DNA of 64,000 bases from Syntrophales bacterium (GTDB lineage: Bacteria > Desulfobacterota > Syntrophia > Syntrophales > UBA6109): assembly GCA_035366835.1 (NCBI GenBank), contig DAOSIS010000008.1, positions 38,283 through 102,282 of the forward strand, read 5' to 3'. The notes under the pieces were generated by a model that saw only the letters and a list, made by a program, of their open reading frames with translations, did no database searches and was not told the DNA's origin. The position numbers and the translations under genes are program-made. Positions within the stretch are counted from its first letter, which is position 1. Every line of letters starts with the position of its first letter. Of the stretch, positions 9,105-18,072 are shown in pieces.

Positions 9105-10646
9105 ATGTCGAGTGCAATTTCCATCGGGACAACGGGCCTCACGGCCAGCTCAAAACAAATGGACGTCATCGGAAACAACCTTGCGAACTCCAACACGCTG
9201 GGTTTCAAGGCGGGCAACACCTATTTCGCCAGCATGCTGAACCAGAGCCTCACGGGCGGGTCGTCGGGCGCCATGCAGGTCGGCCAGGGCGTCGCCGTGG
9301 CCGCCGTCTCCACGCAGTTCGCCCAGGGGTCCTTTGAAACGACCGGCAACGCGACGGACCTCGCCATCGACGGCGACGGTTTCTTCATCCTGCGGGACGA
9401 GGAGGGTGCCGTCTATTATTCGAGGGCCGGGGCCTTCCATATCAACGAGGCAGGTTATCTCGTCGACCTGAACGACTACAAGGTGCAGGGGTATAACCTC
9501 TTCTCCAGCGACACCGACGAGATGTCGGATATCAGCCTGAAGAACGTCCAGTCCGCCCCCAGGGCCTCGACGGAGATCGCCTTCGGTCTCAATCTCAACG
9601 ACAGCGATGTCGCAGGCGAGGTCTTCAATGCCTCGCAGTCGGTCTTCGACTCGAAAGGCGAGGTCCACTCCCTGACGTCCCGGTTCATGAAGACCGAGGC
9701 GAACGGCATGTGGGGACTCGACGTCCGCCTGGACGATGGCCTTTACAGCACCGGGCAGATCGCGAGCGGCTTCAAGTTCGACGAGAACGGAGCCCTGACC
9801 AAGATGTACACGGCCGACATCGGCACGCCGACGGTGACGACGGCGGGCGACGGCACGGCGACGGCGACGATCAACCACCTGGGGCAGATGTACAAGGACA
9901 CCACGTCCCCGATCACGCTGACACGGGGGGCCAATGCGACGACATGGACGCTCACCGACAAGGGCGGTTACACGAACGCGATCGTCTATTCGGCCAGCGC
10001 GGACGCCGTGACGATTGACCTGGACGGCGTCGGCGGCGCCGATATCACGTTCAACCTGGCGGACACCTGGGCGCAGAACGACACGATCGCCTTCTCCATC
10101 AACCAGACGGAGATCGATACGACCAACATCACGCTCACCTTCGGCGCCCTGGCCAACGGGGCGACGATCGGCGACACGTCCTCCGGCTCGAACCAGATCC
10201 TCTGGAACCTCACGGACACCACCTCGAACCGCATCACCGGTTATGCCAGTTCCTCGGTGATCAAGTCCCTGAGCGACAACGGCTACTCATCGGGCGTGCT
10301 GAAGAGCCTTTCCATGAAGGACGACGGGATCATCAGCGGCTTCTTCACCAACGGGCAGACGGCGACGCTCGGGCAGATCATCCTCGCCGATTTTCCGAAC
10401 CCTTCGGGCCTCCAGAAGGTCGGCAACTACTTCGGACAGACCGTCGCCTCCGGTGAGGCGATCAAGAACGAACCGGGCGCCGGCGGATTGGGCTCCATCA
10501 TGTCCAACACCCTGGAGGTGTCCAACACGGACGTCGCCAAGGAATTCATCAACATGATCACGGCCCAGCGCGCCTACCAGGCCAGTTCCCGGGTCATCAC
10601 CACGGCGGACCAGATGCTGACGGAACTCATGAACATCAAGCGATAA
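9105..10646 (+). CDS. flgE: Flagellar hook protein FlgE
   Basis: 513 aa. Rod/hook N-terminus (GTTGLTASSKQMDVIGNNLANSNTLGFK) and C-terminus (EFINMITAQRAYQASSRVITTADQMLTELMNI). Confidence 0.95.
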   Translation: MSSAISIGTTGLTASSKQMDVIGNNLANSNTLGFKAGNTYFASMLNQSLTGGSSGAMQVGQGVAVAAVSTQFAQGSFETTGNATDLAIDGDGFFILRDEEGAVYYSRAGAFHINEAGYLVDLNDYKVQGYNLFSSDTDEMSDISLKNVQSAPRASTEIAFGLNLNDSDVAGEVFNASQSVFDSKGEVHSLTSRFMKTEANGMWGLDVRLDDGLYSTGQIASGFKFDENGALTKMYTADIGTPTVTTAGDGTATATINHLGQMYKDTTSPITLTRGANATTWTLTDKGGYTNAIVYSASADAVTIDLDGVGGADITFNLADTWAQNDTIAFSINQTEIDTTNITLTFGALANGATIGDTSSGSNQILWNLTDTTSNRITGYASSSVIKSLSDNGYSSGVLKSLSMKDDGIISGFFTNGQTATLGQIILADFPNPSGLQKVGNYFGQTVASGEAIKNEPGAGGLGSIMSNTLEVSNTDVAKEFINMITAQRAYQASSRVITTADQMLTELMNIKR

Positions 10647-10652
10647 CCTTCC

Positions 10653-10703
10653 GTCCCGCCGCCGACGCGCAGTATGCGCCGCGGCGGCGGGACCGGCTTT
10701 TCC
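10653..10703 (+). terminator. Intrinsic terminator after flgE
   Basis: 12-bp perfect stem GTCCCGCCGCCG (10653-10664) / CGGCGGCGGGAC (10682-10693), followed by CGGCTTTTCC, 7 nt after the flgE stop. Confidence 0.6.
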
Positions 10704-10904
10704 GGAGATGACGGCAAGGGCCGGGTCCCGTCCCGATTCTTGCCGATTCCCGTCCGTCCGAGCCGCAAGGCCGGCCCCTTTTCCGTCAAAATCTTGACCA
10801 TTTGTCAAAAGAACGGATATCGCCGGACGGCATCCTCCGGCCCGTGAAGCGGCGGAAGGCCGCAACCGCGGGCGGAGAGGCCCGCCCCGAACGCGCCGTT
10901 CTTC

Positions 10905-10920
10905 TGGTACGTTCTTTGCT
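10905..10920 (+). promoter_or_regulatory. Sigma54 promoter of the motA operon
   Basis: TGGTAC-GTTCT-TTGCT with GG-N10-GC spacing, 62 nt upstream of the motA ATG 10982. Confidence 0.6.
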
Positions 10921-10981
10921 CTTCTCCCGTGCAATTGTCTCCTGTGGGTCTCCCCGAGACGCGTTCATAAAGGTCTCTTGC

Positions 10982-11752
10982 ATGGATTTCGCGACGATCA
11001 TCGGCATCCTGGGCGGCTTCTCGCTGGTCTTCCTCGCCATCGCGTCCGGAGGCGGCCTCGGATGGTTCGTGGACCTTCCGTCCGCCATGATCGTCCTGGG
11101 AGGAACCTTCGGCGCCGTCCTCATCAATTACCCGATGTCGGATTTCCTGGGCGTGATCCGCGTCGCAAAGAACGTCTTCTTCCAGAGACGGCGGAAGACG
11201 GCGGAGATCACCAAGTTCATCGTCCAGATGTCGCGTGTGGCCAGACGGGAGGGGGTCTTTTCCCTCCAGAAGATGACCGGGAAGATGAAGGACCCTTTCT
11301 TCGACAAGGCCGTGGAACTGATGGTGGACGGAATCGAGCCCGTCGACATGCGGCGGATCATGGAAACCGAACTAGAAGCGATTTCGGACAGGCACCGGCT
11401 GGGGGCGGAGATCTTCACGACGATGGGACATTTCGCGCCGGCCATGGGGATGATGGGAACGCTGATCGGACTCGTGCAGATGATGATGCAGATGAACAAC
11501 CCGAGCTCGATCGGTCCGGCCATGGCGGTGGCGCTGATCACGACCTTTTATGGCGTCCTCCTCGCGAACCTCGTATTCCTGCCGATTGCGGGAAAGCTGA
11601 AGAAGAGGAGCGCCGAGGAGCGGCTGGAGAAGCGTCTGATCATCGACGGAATCCTTTCCATCCAATCGGGTGACAACCCGCGCGTGGTGGAGCAGAAACT
11701 TCATTCCTTTGTGTCGCCCCATGAAAGAAAATCGGTTTTTCAGCATGAATAG
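10982..11752 (+). CDS. motA: Flagellar stator protein MotA/PomA
   Basis: 256 aa from ATG 10982 (MDFATIIGILGGFSLVFLAI..). MotA/TolQ/ExbB channel pattern (FAPAMGMMGTLIGLVQMM, ALITTFYGVLLANLVFLPIAGKL). Confidence 0.9.
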   Translation: MDFATIIGILGGFSLVFLAIASGGGLGWFVDLPSAMIVLGGTFGAVLINYPMSDFLGVIRVAKNVFFQRRRKTAEITKFIVQMSRVARREGVFSLQKMTGKMKDPFFDKAVELMVDGIEPVDMRRIMETELEAISDRHRLGAEIFTTMGHFAPAMGMMGTLIGLVQMMMQMNNPSSIGPAMAVALITTFYGVLLANLVFLPIAGKLKKRSAEERLEKRLIIDGILSIQSGDNPRVVEQKLHSFVSPHERKSVFQHE

Positions 11753-12458
11753 GCTGCCCGAGCCGTCGGCCGGGAAGGCGCCCGTGGAGGCGTGGCAGGG
11801 CATCTATTGCTCCCTCGCGCTGATTCTGGCGGTGTTCTTCGTGATGCTGGTCTCCTTTTCGACGGCGGACGTGGACCGCGTCAGGGACTTTCAGGGGCAG
11901 TTCCACAAGGGGGGCGGCCCGGCGGCGGGAGGAGGGGACAGGGGAGACGGGCAGGGAAAAGGGCGGCCGGCTGTGCTGGATCGGAGCGATGCGGGCATGC
12001 CGTCCCTGGCGGACGCGGAAAAACACCTGCGGAAGATTCTCGCCGATTCCGGCGCCGGGCAGAAAATCGTCCTGGACCGCAGCCGCGGCGGACTTCGCGC
12101 CCGAATATCGAGCGATGTCCTTTTCGAAGCCGATTCCGCCGATCTCCGGCCGGATCTTCAGCCCTGCCTCCGCGAGATGGCGCAGGAGGTGCGGAAGGGC
12201 GGCTACGGACTGACCGTGGAGGGACACACGGACAATGCCCCGCCCCGGAACGGCGGCTTTTCGTCCAACTGGGAATTGTCTACGGCACGGGCCGTCCGTG
12301 TCGTCCGACTTTTCCTCGATGAGGAAGGGATCGAAGCCGGACGGTTGCAGGCGGTGGGATTTGCGCAGTATCGCCCCCCGGCGGACGGGACCGCCTCCGC
12401 AAGGACGGACAACGGGCGGATCGAACTGGTCTTTCTGCCCGCCGGAGAGGCGCGATGA
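11721..12458 (+). CDS. MotB-like stator/OmpA-domain protein 1. It lacks the canonical TM Asp but has an intact OmpA-like PG-binding motif.
   Basis: TM segment EAWQGIYCSLALILAVFFVMLV has Ser where MotB has Asp. C-terminal region: GHTDNAPPRNGGFSSNWELSTARAVRVV..NGRIELVF. Start ambiguous (ATG 11721 or 11745); both overlap the motA end. Confidence 0.75.
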   Translation: MKENRFFSMNRLPEPSAGKAPVEAWQGIYCSLALILAVFFVMLVSFSTADVDRVRDFQGQFHKGGGPAAGGGDRGDGQGKGRPAVLDRSDAGMPSLADAEKHLRKILADSGAGQKIVLDRSRGGLRARISSDVLFEADSADLRPDLQPCLREMAQEVRKGGYGLTVEGHTDNAPPRNGGFSSNWELSTARAVRVVRLFLDEEGIEAGRLQAVGFAQYRPPADGTASARTDNGRIELVFLPAGEAR

Positions 12459-13201
12459 GGAACGGGCCGGACGAGGAGGAGCAGGGCGCGGGGGGCCGGT
12501 GGATGCTGACCTTCAACGACCTGGTCACGCTCCTCCTGGCATTCTTCGTTCTGGTCCTTTCCATGTCCATGGTGGACCAGGGAAAACTCACGGAGGCGAC
12601 GGCTGCGGCAAGGAACACCTTCGGGGGAGCGAAGGGCTCCCCGGCGGCGGGACCGCGCTTCGAGCCGTTCGCGCTGCCTACCCTGGATCGGGACATCGCA
12701 CGGGAGAAGGCGAAGAAGAAAGGGTCGGCGGGCGCCGTGAACGGCCGGCTTCCCGGGGGACTCGACGATGAGCGGACGCGGATGATGGCGGCATTGAACG
12801 ACCTGCAGGGCATCGGGACGAAGGTCCTGCCGGAGGGCCTTTCGATCTGCCTGGAGGAGCGGCTGCTGTTTTCGCCGGGTTCCGCGGAAATCCGCCGGAA
12901 GGACGATCCTTCCCTTGCCGCAGTGATCGCGGCCCTTCGCCGGTCGGATGTCCTCATCCGCGTGGAAGGACACGCCGGGGCCGCGGCGGAGGAGGACGGG
13001 GCGAGGGAGTTCGGATGGACGCTTTCCACGGCACGGGCGCTGAGCGGCGTGGAACTTCTCATCGGCGAAGGGGGGATTTCTCCGGAGCGGCTGTCTGCCG
13101 CTCCCTGCCTGGACCTCCGGCCGGCGATCCCGATGCCGGACGGGGGCGACCGCATTCGCCACCGGGGGATGGTGCTGGTTCTGACATTTCAGGAAAAGTG
13201 A
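12455..13201 (+). CDS. motB: MotB-like stator protein 2. It has the canonical TM Asp but a degenerate OmpA-like domain.
   Basis: RWMLTFNDLVTLLLAFFVLVLS matches the MotB plug/TM signature with the Asp. The C-terminal domain reads GHAGAAAE..GWTLSTARAL..RHRGMVLVL. ATGA-coupled to the previous gene. Confidence 0.8.
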   Translation: MRNGPDEEEQGAGGRWMLTFNDLVTLLLAFFVLVLSMSMVDQGKLTEATAAARNTFGGAKGSPAAGPRFEPFALPTLDRDIAREKAKKKGSAGAVNGRLPGGLDDERTRMMAALNDLQGIGTKVLPEGLSICLEERLLFSPGSAEIRRKDDPSLAAVIAALRRSDVLIRVEGHAGAAAEEDGAREFGWTLSTARALSGVELLIGEGGISPERLSAAPCLDLRPAIPMPDGGDRIRHRGMVLVLTFQEK

Positions 13202-13215
13202 AGTGAGGCGGGAAT

Positions 13216-13713
13216 ATGGCGAAGGAAGAATTGAAGGAAGAGGAGCAGCAGTCGCAGCAGCCGGAGACGAAGAAGAAGGGCAGTCTCGTGAAATGGATCA
13301 TCATCGGCTTTGCAGCGCTCGTCGTCGTCGGCGCTCTGGCCGGCGGGGGGGCGTTCTTCTATTTCAAGATGACGGGAGACAGGAAAGCCGCCCCGGCGCA
13401 GCAGCCCGCCGCCGGGATCTTCTGGCCGATGGATCCCTTCATCGTGAACCTTGTCGACAACAACGGCGAGCGTTACCTGAAGGTGATCATGCAGCTGGAA
13501 GTCAGCGACCAGGCCGCCGTGGCCGAGCTGGACGTCTTCAAGCCGAAGCTGCGCGACAACATCCTCGACCTGCTGTCGGTGAAGTCCTACAAGGAACTGA
13601 TCGACGTCGGGGGAAAGCAGCGGCTGCGGGACGAGATCGTTATGAGGCTCAACAGCTTCCTGACGAAGGGGAAGGTCGTGAAGGTGTACTTCACGGAATT
13701 CGTCATTCAATAA
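13216..13713 (+). CDS. fliL: Flagellar basal-body-associated protein FliL
   Basis: 165 aa. Single TM (WIIIGFAALVVVGALAGGGAFFYF) and FliL core (MDPFIVNLVDNNGERYLKVIMQLEV..KVVKVYFTEFVIQ). Confidence 0.9.
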   Translation: MAKEELKEEEQQSQQPETKKKGSLVKWIIIGFAALVVVGALAGGGAFFYFKMTGDRKAAPAQQPAAGIFWPMDPFIVNLVDNNGERYLKVIMQLEVSDQAAVAELDVFKPKLRDNILDLLSVKSYKELIDVGGKQRLRDEIVMRLNSFLTKGKVVKVYFTEFVIQ

Positions 13714-13768
13714 CCGGCTGCTGAGCGCCGTCCCCGCTCGGGCGGGGCGTCCGCAGAATAGGTGTGCC

Positions 13769-14770
13769 ATGTCTCAAATATTGTCCCAGGAAGAAGTCGA
13801 TGCCCTGTTGCGGGGAATCGCGGGCGGAGAAGTCGACACGGCTCCGGAAGAGGTCGGCGAACTGTCGGACGTTGCCGTCTATGACCTCACGAGCCAGGAC
13901 CGGATCATCCGCGGGCGGATGCCCACGCTCGAGATGACGAACGAGAAGTTCGCCAGGATTTTCCGGACGTCCCTGTCGGCGATGCTCAGGAAAGTCGTGA
14001 GCGTCACGGCGGTTTCGGTCGATATGATCAAGTTCGGGGAATTTCTCAAGACCCTTCCGGTTCCGACGAGCCTTCATATCTTCCGCATGGAGCCGCTGCG
14101 GGGAAGCGCGATCTTCGTCGTGGAGTCCAAGATCATCTTCACGCTGGTCGACATCCTCTTCGGCGGTTCGGGAAAGGAATTCTTCAAGATCGAAGGCCGG
14201 GAATTCACCGCCATCGAGAGCAACCTGATCCGCAAGGTCGTCATGACGGCCCTGGCGGATTTCGAAAAGGCGTGGAAGCCGCTGACGGAAATCAAGGTGG
14301 CGTACCAGCGTTCCGAGGTGAACCCGCAGTTCGCGCAGGTGGTGCCGCTCACGGACGTGGTCGTCGTCGTGAATTTCGAGCTGGAGGTCGAGTACAACAC
14401 GGGCATCCTCTCGGTCTGTATCCCCTATTCGACCCTGGAACCGCTGAAGGAGAGGCTCCAGGCCGGTTTCCAGAGTGAGCAGCTCGAAATCGATCACGTC
14501 TGGACCGAAAAGTTCCGCACCAGCCTGAAGTCTTCGCAGATCGAGGTCCTGGCGGAGCTGGGGTGCGCAAGGATTCACGGCAAGGACCTCGTTTCGATGA
14601 AAAAAGGGGACATCATCCCCCTGGAGCAGTATGCGAGCGACGCGCTGAATGTGTACGTGCAGGGCGTTCTCAAGTTCAAGGGCGTTCCGGGAGTGTCCAA
14701 GGGGAATCAGGCAATTCAGATATCGCAGGTCATCACGGGCAAAGAGGTGGTGGAATATGGAGCAGAATGA
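13769..14770 (+). CDS. fliM: Flagellar motor switch protein FliM
   Basis: 333 aa. N-terminal LSQEEVDALL CheY-P-binding-type motif, FliM middle domain and a SpoA-like C-terminus. Confidence 0.95.
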   Translation: MSQILSQEEVDALLRGIAGGEVDTAPEEVGELSDVAVYDLTSQDRIIRGRMPTLEMTNEKFARIFRTSLSAMLRKVVSVTAVSVDMIKFGEFLKTLPVPTSLHIFRMEPLRGSAIFVVESKIIFTLVDILFGGSGKEFFKIEGREFTAIESNLIRKVVMTALADFEKAWKPLTEIKVAYQRSEVNPQFAQVVPLTDVVVVVNFELEVEYNTGILSVCIPYSTLEPLKERLQAGFQSEQLEIDHVWTEKFRTSLKSSQIEVLAELGCARIHGKDLVSMKKGDIIPLEQYASDALNVYVQGVLKFKGVPGVSKGNQAIQISQVITGKEVVEYGAE

Positions 14771-15218
14771 AATTGACAACCTGATGAAGGATTTCCAGCC
14801 GCCCCCCGCCGACGCGGGAGCACCGCCGGTCAAGGAAGACATCGGGTGGGATGACGTCAAGGAAGAACTGAATCAGTCCAAGGGCGAGACGCCGAAGACG
14901 GAAGTGAGTGAAGTGGCCTTCGGGGAAATCAAGAAGGCGGAACCCGTCAAGGGGGCCGTCCTTGACCTGGATTTCATCCTGGATATTCCGCTGACACTGA
15001 CGGCGGAACTCGGGAGAAACCGGATGCTGATCAGCGAACTGCTTCAGCTGGGGCAGGGGTCCGTCATCGAATTGAGCAAGCTCGCCGGCGAGCCCATGGA
15101 CATCTTCGTCAATCAGCGCCTGATCGCCCGGGGCGAGGTCGTCGTGGTCAACGAAAAATTCGGCGTACGTCTCACCGACATCGTTTCGCCGACGGAGAGG
15201 ATCAACCGTCTGCGCTGA
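14757..15218 (+). CDS. fliN: Flagellar motor switch protein FliN
   Basis: 153 aa from ATG 14757 (14-nt overlap with fliM). SpoA domain LTAELGRNRMLISELLQLGQGSVIELSKLAGEPMDIFVNQRLIARGEVVVVNEKFGVRLTDIV. Confidence 0.9.
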   Translation: MEQNEIDNLMKDFQPPPADAGAPPVKEDIGWDDVKEELNQSKGETPKTEVSEVAFGEIKKAEPVKGAVLDLDFILDIPLTLTAELGRNRMLISELLQLGQGSVIELSKLAGEPMDIFVNQRLIARGEVVVVNEKFGVRLTDIVSPTERINRLR

Positions 15219-15426
15219 CGGGCCGGCCGGTCGCCGCAGAGGACCCGACGGGGCCGCAGAGCCCTGGCCACCCTACCGCTTCCCGCTGCGTCGCCGGATG
15301 CCGGACGGGCTTGCGCCCGACAGGGCGCACCGGCGGGCGCCGTCCCGCCGGGAAGCCGAGGGGGCAGGGTCTGCACGGCGCCCTGGCAGGACATTTTCGC
15401 GGATTTCAGAGGTACGTGGTGGCGTC

Positions 15427-15810
15427 ATGGACAACCTGTCTCTCTTGACATCGCTCCTCAAGATGCTTGCCGCCCTGGCCATTGTCCTGGGCGTTCTTGT
15501 GGGATCCCTCTTCCTGTTTCGAAAGCTGCTGCGCGGCTCCCCGCTCTCCGCAGGTGCGCAGGAGGTCATCCGCGTCGTCTCGACCCGTCATCTGGGGCCG
15601 AAGAACATGATCGTGCTCGTCGACGTCCTGGGACAGGTCCTGATCGTGGGGGTGGGCCAGGCCCAGATGTCCCTGCTGGGGACCGTTTCCGACGCCGGCG
15701 CCCTGGAGAAGCTGCGCGGCGCGAGGCCGCCGGGCAGCGTTCCGGAAACCCTTCTTGCGCGGCTGGGCAGGATGCGCGACGCGGGCGGCGACGGAAAGGG
15801 GAGGGGCTGA
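15427..15810 (+). CDS. fliO: Flagellar biosynthesis protein FliO
   Basis: 127 aa from ATG 15427. Single N-terminal TM ([22 protein letters not shown]), directly precedes fliP. Confidence 0.7.
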   Translation: MDNLSLLTSLLKMLAALAIVLGVLVGSLFLFRKLLRGSPLSAGAQEVIRVVSTRHLGPKNMIVLVDVLGQVLIVGVGQAQMSLLGTVSDAGALEKLRGARPPGSVPETLLARLGRMRDAGGDGKGRG

Positions 15811-15814
15811 GCGG

Positions 15815-16639
15815 ATGAAAGGGAAGGTGTCGGGGGTGTGCGATTTCCTGGCGGGGGCGGGGGCGCGCCGGTTCCGCCGGCGTCCGGCCGTCCTGGGTGC
15901 CGCCCTGGCGGTCGTCGTCCTCTTTGCAGCGCTGTCCGCGTTCGCCCAGCCGCTGCAGATCCCCAATGTCAGCCTGAATATCGGCGGAACCGCGGACCAG
16001 CCCGGAAAAGTGGCCGTCGTCCTGCAGCTGCTGTTCGTCCTCACGATCCTTTCCCTGGCGCCCGCGATCCTCCTGATGCTGACGTCCTTCACCCGGATCG
16101 TCGTCGTTCTTTCCCTGCTGCGGCACGCCCTGGGGACCCAGCAGATGCCGCCCAACCAGATCCTGGTCGCGCTGTCGCTCTTCCTGACCTTCTTCGTGAT
16201 GGCGCCCGTCTGGCAGCGCGTGAATGCGGAGGCGCTGCAGCCCTACTACGAGGAACAGCTTTCCGGCGAACAGGCGCTGGAGAAGGCCGCCCAACCGGTG
16301 AAGGAATTCATGCTCAAGCAGACCCGGGAGCGGGATCTCGCGCTTTTCGTCAAGGTGTCGAAGGAGAAGAAACCGGAGAAGGCGGACGATGTGTCCATGC
16401 TGGTCCTGACCCCCGCCTTCATCATCAGCGAGCTGAAGACGGCCTTCCAGATCGGCTTCATGATCTATCTGCCCTTCCTGATCATCGACATGGTGGTCTC
16501 GAGCGTCCTCCTGTCCATGGGCATGCTGATGCTCCCGCCGATCATGATGAGCCTGCCTTTCAAGCTTCTTCTCTTCGTCCTGGTCGACGGCTGGCATCTG
16601 ATCGTCGGCTCGCTGATACAGAGCTTCCACCTGTCGTGA
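15815..16639 (+). CDS. fliP: Flagellar export apparatus protein FliP
   Basis: 274 aa from ATG 15815. Signal-like N-terminus and FliP core ([30 protein letters not shown].., [34 protein letters not shown]). Confidence 0.95.
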   Translation: MKGKVSGVCDFLAGAGARRFRRRPAVLGAALAVVVLFAALSAFAQPLQIPNVSLNIGGTADQPGKVAVVLQLLFVLTILSLAPAILLMLTSFTRIVVVLSLLRHALGTQQMPPNQILVALSLFLTFFVMAPVWQRVNAEALQPYYEEQLSGEQALEKAAQPVKEFMLKQTRERDLALFVKVSKEKKPEKADDVSMLVLTPAFIISELKTAFQIGFMIYLPFLIIDMVVSSVLLSMGMLMLPPIMMSLPFKLLLFVLVDGWHLIVGSLIQSFHLS

Positions 16640-16719
16640 GGGGCGAGGCCGGACACTCCGCAACGGCCCGACGGCAAGCGGATTTTCAGGGAACATCTTC
16701 AAGAGGGAGGAACAGGCCT

Positions 16720-16989
16720 ATGACGGCGGATCTTGTGGTTGGCATCATGGCGGAGGCGATCAAGGTGACCTTGCTGGTTTCGGCACCGGTGCTTCTGGTC
16801 GGCCTCGTCGTCGGCGTCGTGATCAGCCTTTTCCAGGCCGTCACGCAGGTCCAGGAAATGACGCTGGTCTTCGTGCCCAAGATCATCGCCGTCCTGGTGG
16901 CCCTGGTAGCGGCCCTTCCCTGGATGCTGAATCTGCTGGTCAGCTTCACGCAGAATCTGTACCTGAGCCTGCCCGGCTACATCGGATGA
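16720..16989 (+). CDS. fliQ: Flagellar export apparatus protein FliQ
   Basis: 89 aa, two TM helices (AIKVTLLVSAPVLLVGLVVGVVISLFQAVTQVQEMTL). AGAGGGAGG RBS upstream. Confidence 0.9.
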   Translation: MTADLVVGIMAEAIKVTLLVSAPVLLVGLVVGVVISLFQAVTQVQEMTLVFVPKIIAVLVALVAALPWMLNLLVSFTQNLYLSLPGYIG

Positions 16990-16996
16990 GGAGGGA

Positions 16997-17157
16997 GGCT
17001 GTTGAAAAGAACCCGTCTGCTGCGTCCTGAGTTTATCGAAGGGCCCTCATCCTTCGGCGCTCGACCCTTCGACGGGCTCAGGGCAGGCTGAGGGATCTGT
17101 CATGGTGAGCTTGTCGAACCATCGGGGGGCCTTGCATCCAGGTCCTTTTGAACAGCC
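16997..17157 (+). repeat. MITE-like inverted-repeat-bounded repeat, copy 1 (subfamily A)
   Basis: Termini GGCTGTTGAAAAG (16997-17009) and CTTTTGAACAGCC (17145-17157) are inverted repeats. It shares the GGGGCCTTGCATCC..TTTTGAACAGCC right module with the copies at 24757, 31560 and 44205, and has no coding capacity. Confidence 0.8.
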
Positions 17158-17221
17158 TCTAGAAGAAGGATGACTTTCTGACCGTCGGACGCACGCGTCC
17201 GAGACTTCAAGGATCGCCGCG

Positions 17222-18016
17222 ATGCAGATCCCCATGATCGGCAGCGAGACGCTGGAGACCTTCCTCCTCGTCTTCCTGAGAACCAGCGCCATCGTTGCGA
17301 CGATGCCGATCCTGGGCGACAGGGTGGTGCCGGCCAGGGTGAAAGCGGGGTTTGCCCTCCTGCTCGCGGGACTGCTGTTCCCGGTCGTCCCGACCGGCGC
17401 GGAACCTCCCGAAGCCGGTCTCGTTCCGCTGGCGCTGCGGATGGCGTCCGAGGCGGTCATCGGCGTCGTCATCGGCTTTGCGGCCCAGGTGATCTTCGCA
17501 GGCGTCCAGTTGGCCGGAGAACTGATCGGGTTTCAAATGGGGTTCGCCATCGTCAACGTCATCGATCCCGTCACCAGCGCACAGGTCTCGATCATCTCGG
17601 AATTCCAGTATCTCGTGGCGCTGCTGCTCTTCCTGATCTTCAACGGCCACCATTCGTTCCTCGCGGCGATCGCGGAAAGCTTCCGTCTCCTGAATCCGCT
17701 TTCCCTGCATGCCTCCGGCAGCCTCATCGCGGCCATCCTCGATCTGTCCAAGGGGATCTTCGTGGTGGCGGCGAAGCTGAGTGCGCCGCTGGTGGCGGTC
17801 ATGTTCTTCACCCAGATCGGGCTCGGCATCGTGGCGCGGACGGTCCCCCAGATCAACATCTTCATCGTCGGGTTTCCCCTCCAGATCGCGATCGGACTGC
17901 TGTTCCTCGGTCTGTGCATGCCCGTATTCGCCTTCGTGCTGGAGCGGATGTACGGCGGCCTCGACGGCCAGATCCGGATGCTGCTGCGATTGATGATCGG
18001 GGCGACGGGATCTTGA
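17222..18016 (+). CDS. fliR: Flagellar export apparatus protein FliR
   Basis: 264 aa polytopic membrane protein with the FliR pattern (FLLVFLRTSAIVATMPILG.., AGELIGFQMGFAIVNVIDP). Confidence 0.9.
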   Translation: MQIPMIGSETLETFLLVFLRTSAIVATMPILGDRVVPARVKAGFALLLAGLLFPVVPTGAEPPEAGLVPLALRMASEAVIGVVIGFAAQVIFAGVQLAGELIGFQMGFAIVNVIDPVTSAQVSIISEFQYLVALLLFLIFNGHHSFLAAIAESFRLLNPLSLHASGSLIAAILDLSKGIFVVAAKLSAPLVAVMFFTQIGLGIVARTVPQINIFIVGFPLQIAIGLLFLGLCMPVFAFVLERMYGGLDGQIRMLLRLMIGATGS

Positions 18017-18072
18017 GATGTCGGGACGGTTTGTTGACGATTGCGCCATGAAAGCGACAGGACGAAAGGGAC

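Noticed and set aside
10784-10820. A sigma70-like TTGACC-N17-ATATCG upstream of motA.
   Set aside because: The -10 hexamer is poor, and a much better sigma54 element lies closer to motA. It cannot be supported from sequence alone.
15384-15400. A sigma54-like TGGCAG-GACAT-TTTCG in the 208-bp fliN-fliO gap.
   Set aside because: The -12 element lacks the GC dinucleotide at GG-N10 spacing (it reads TC). This is much weaker than the five accepted sites, so the gap's function is left open.
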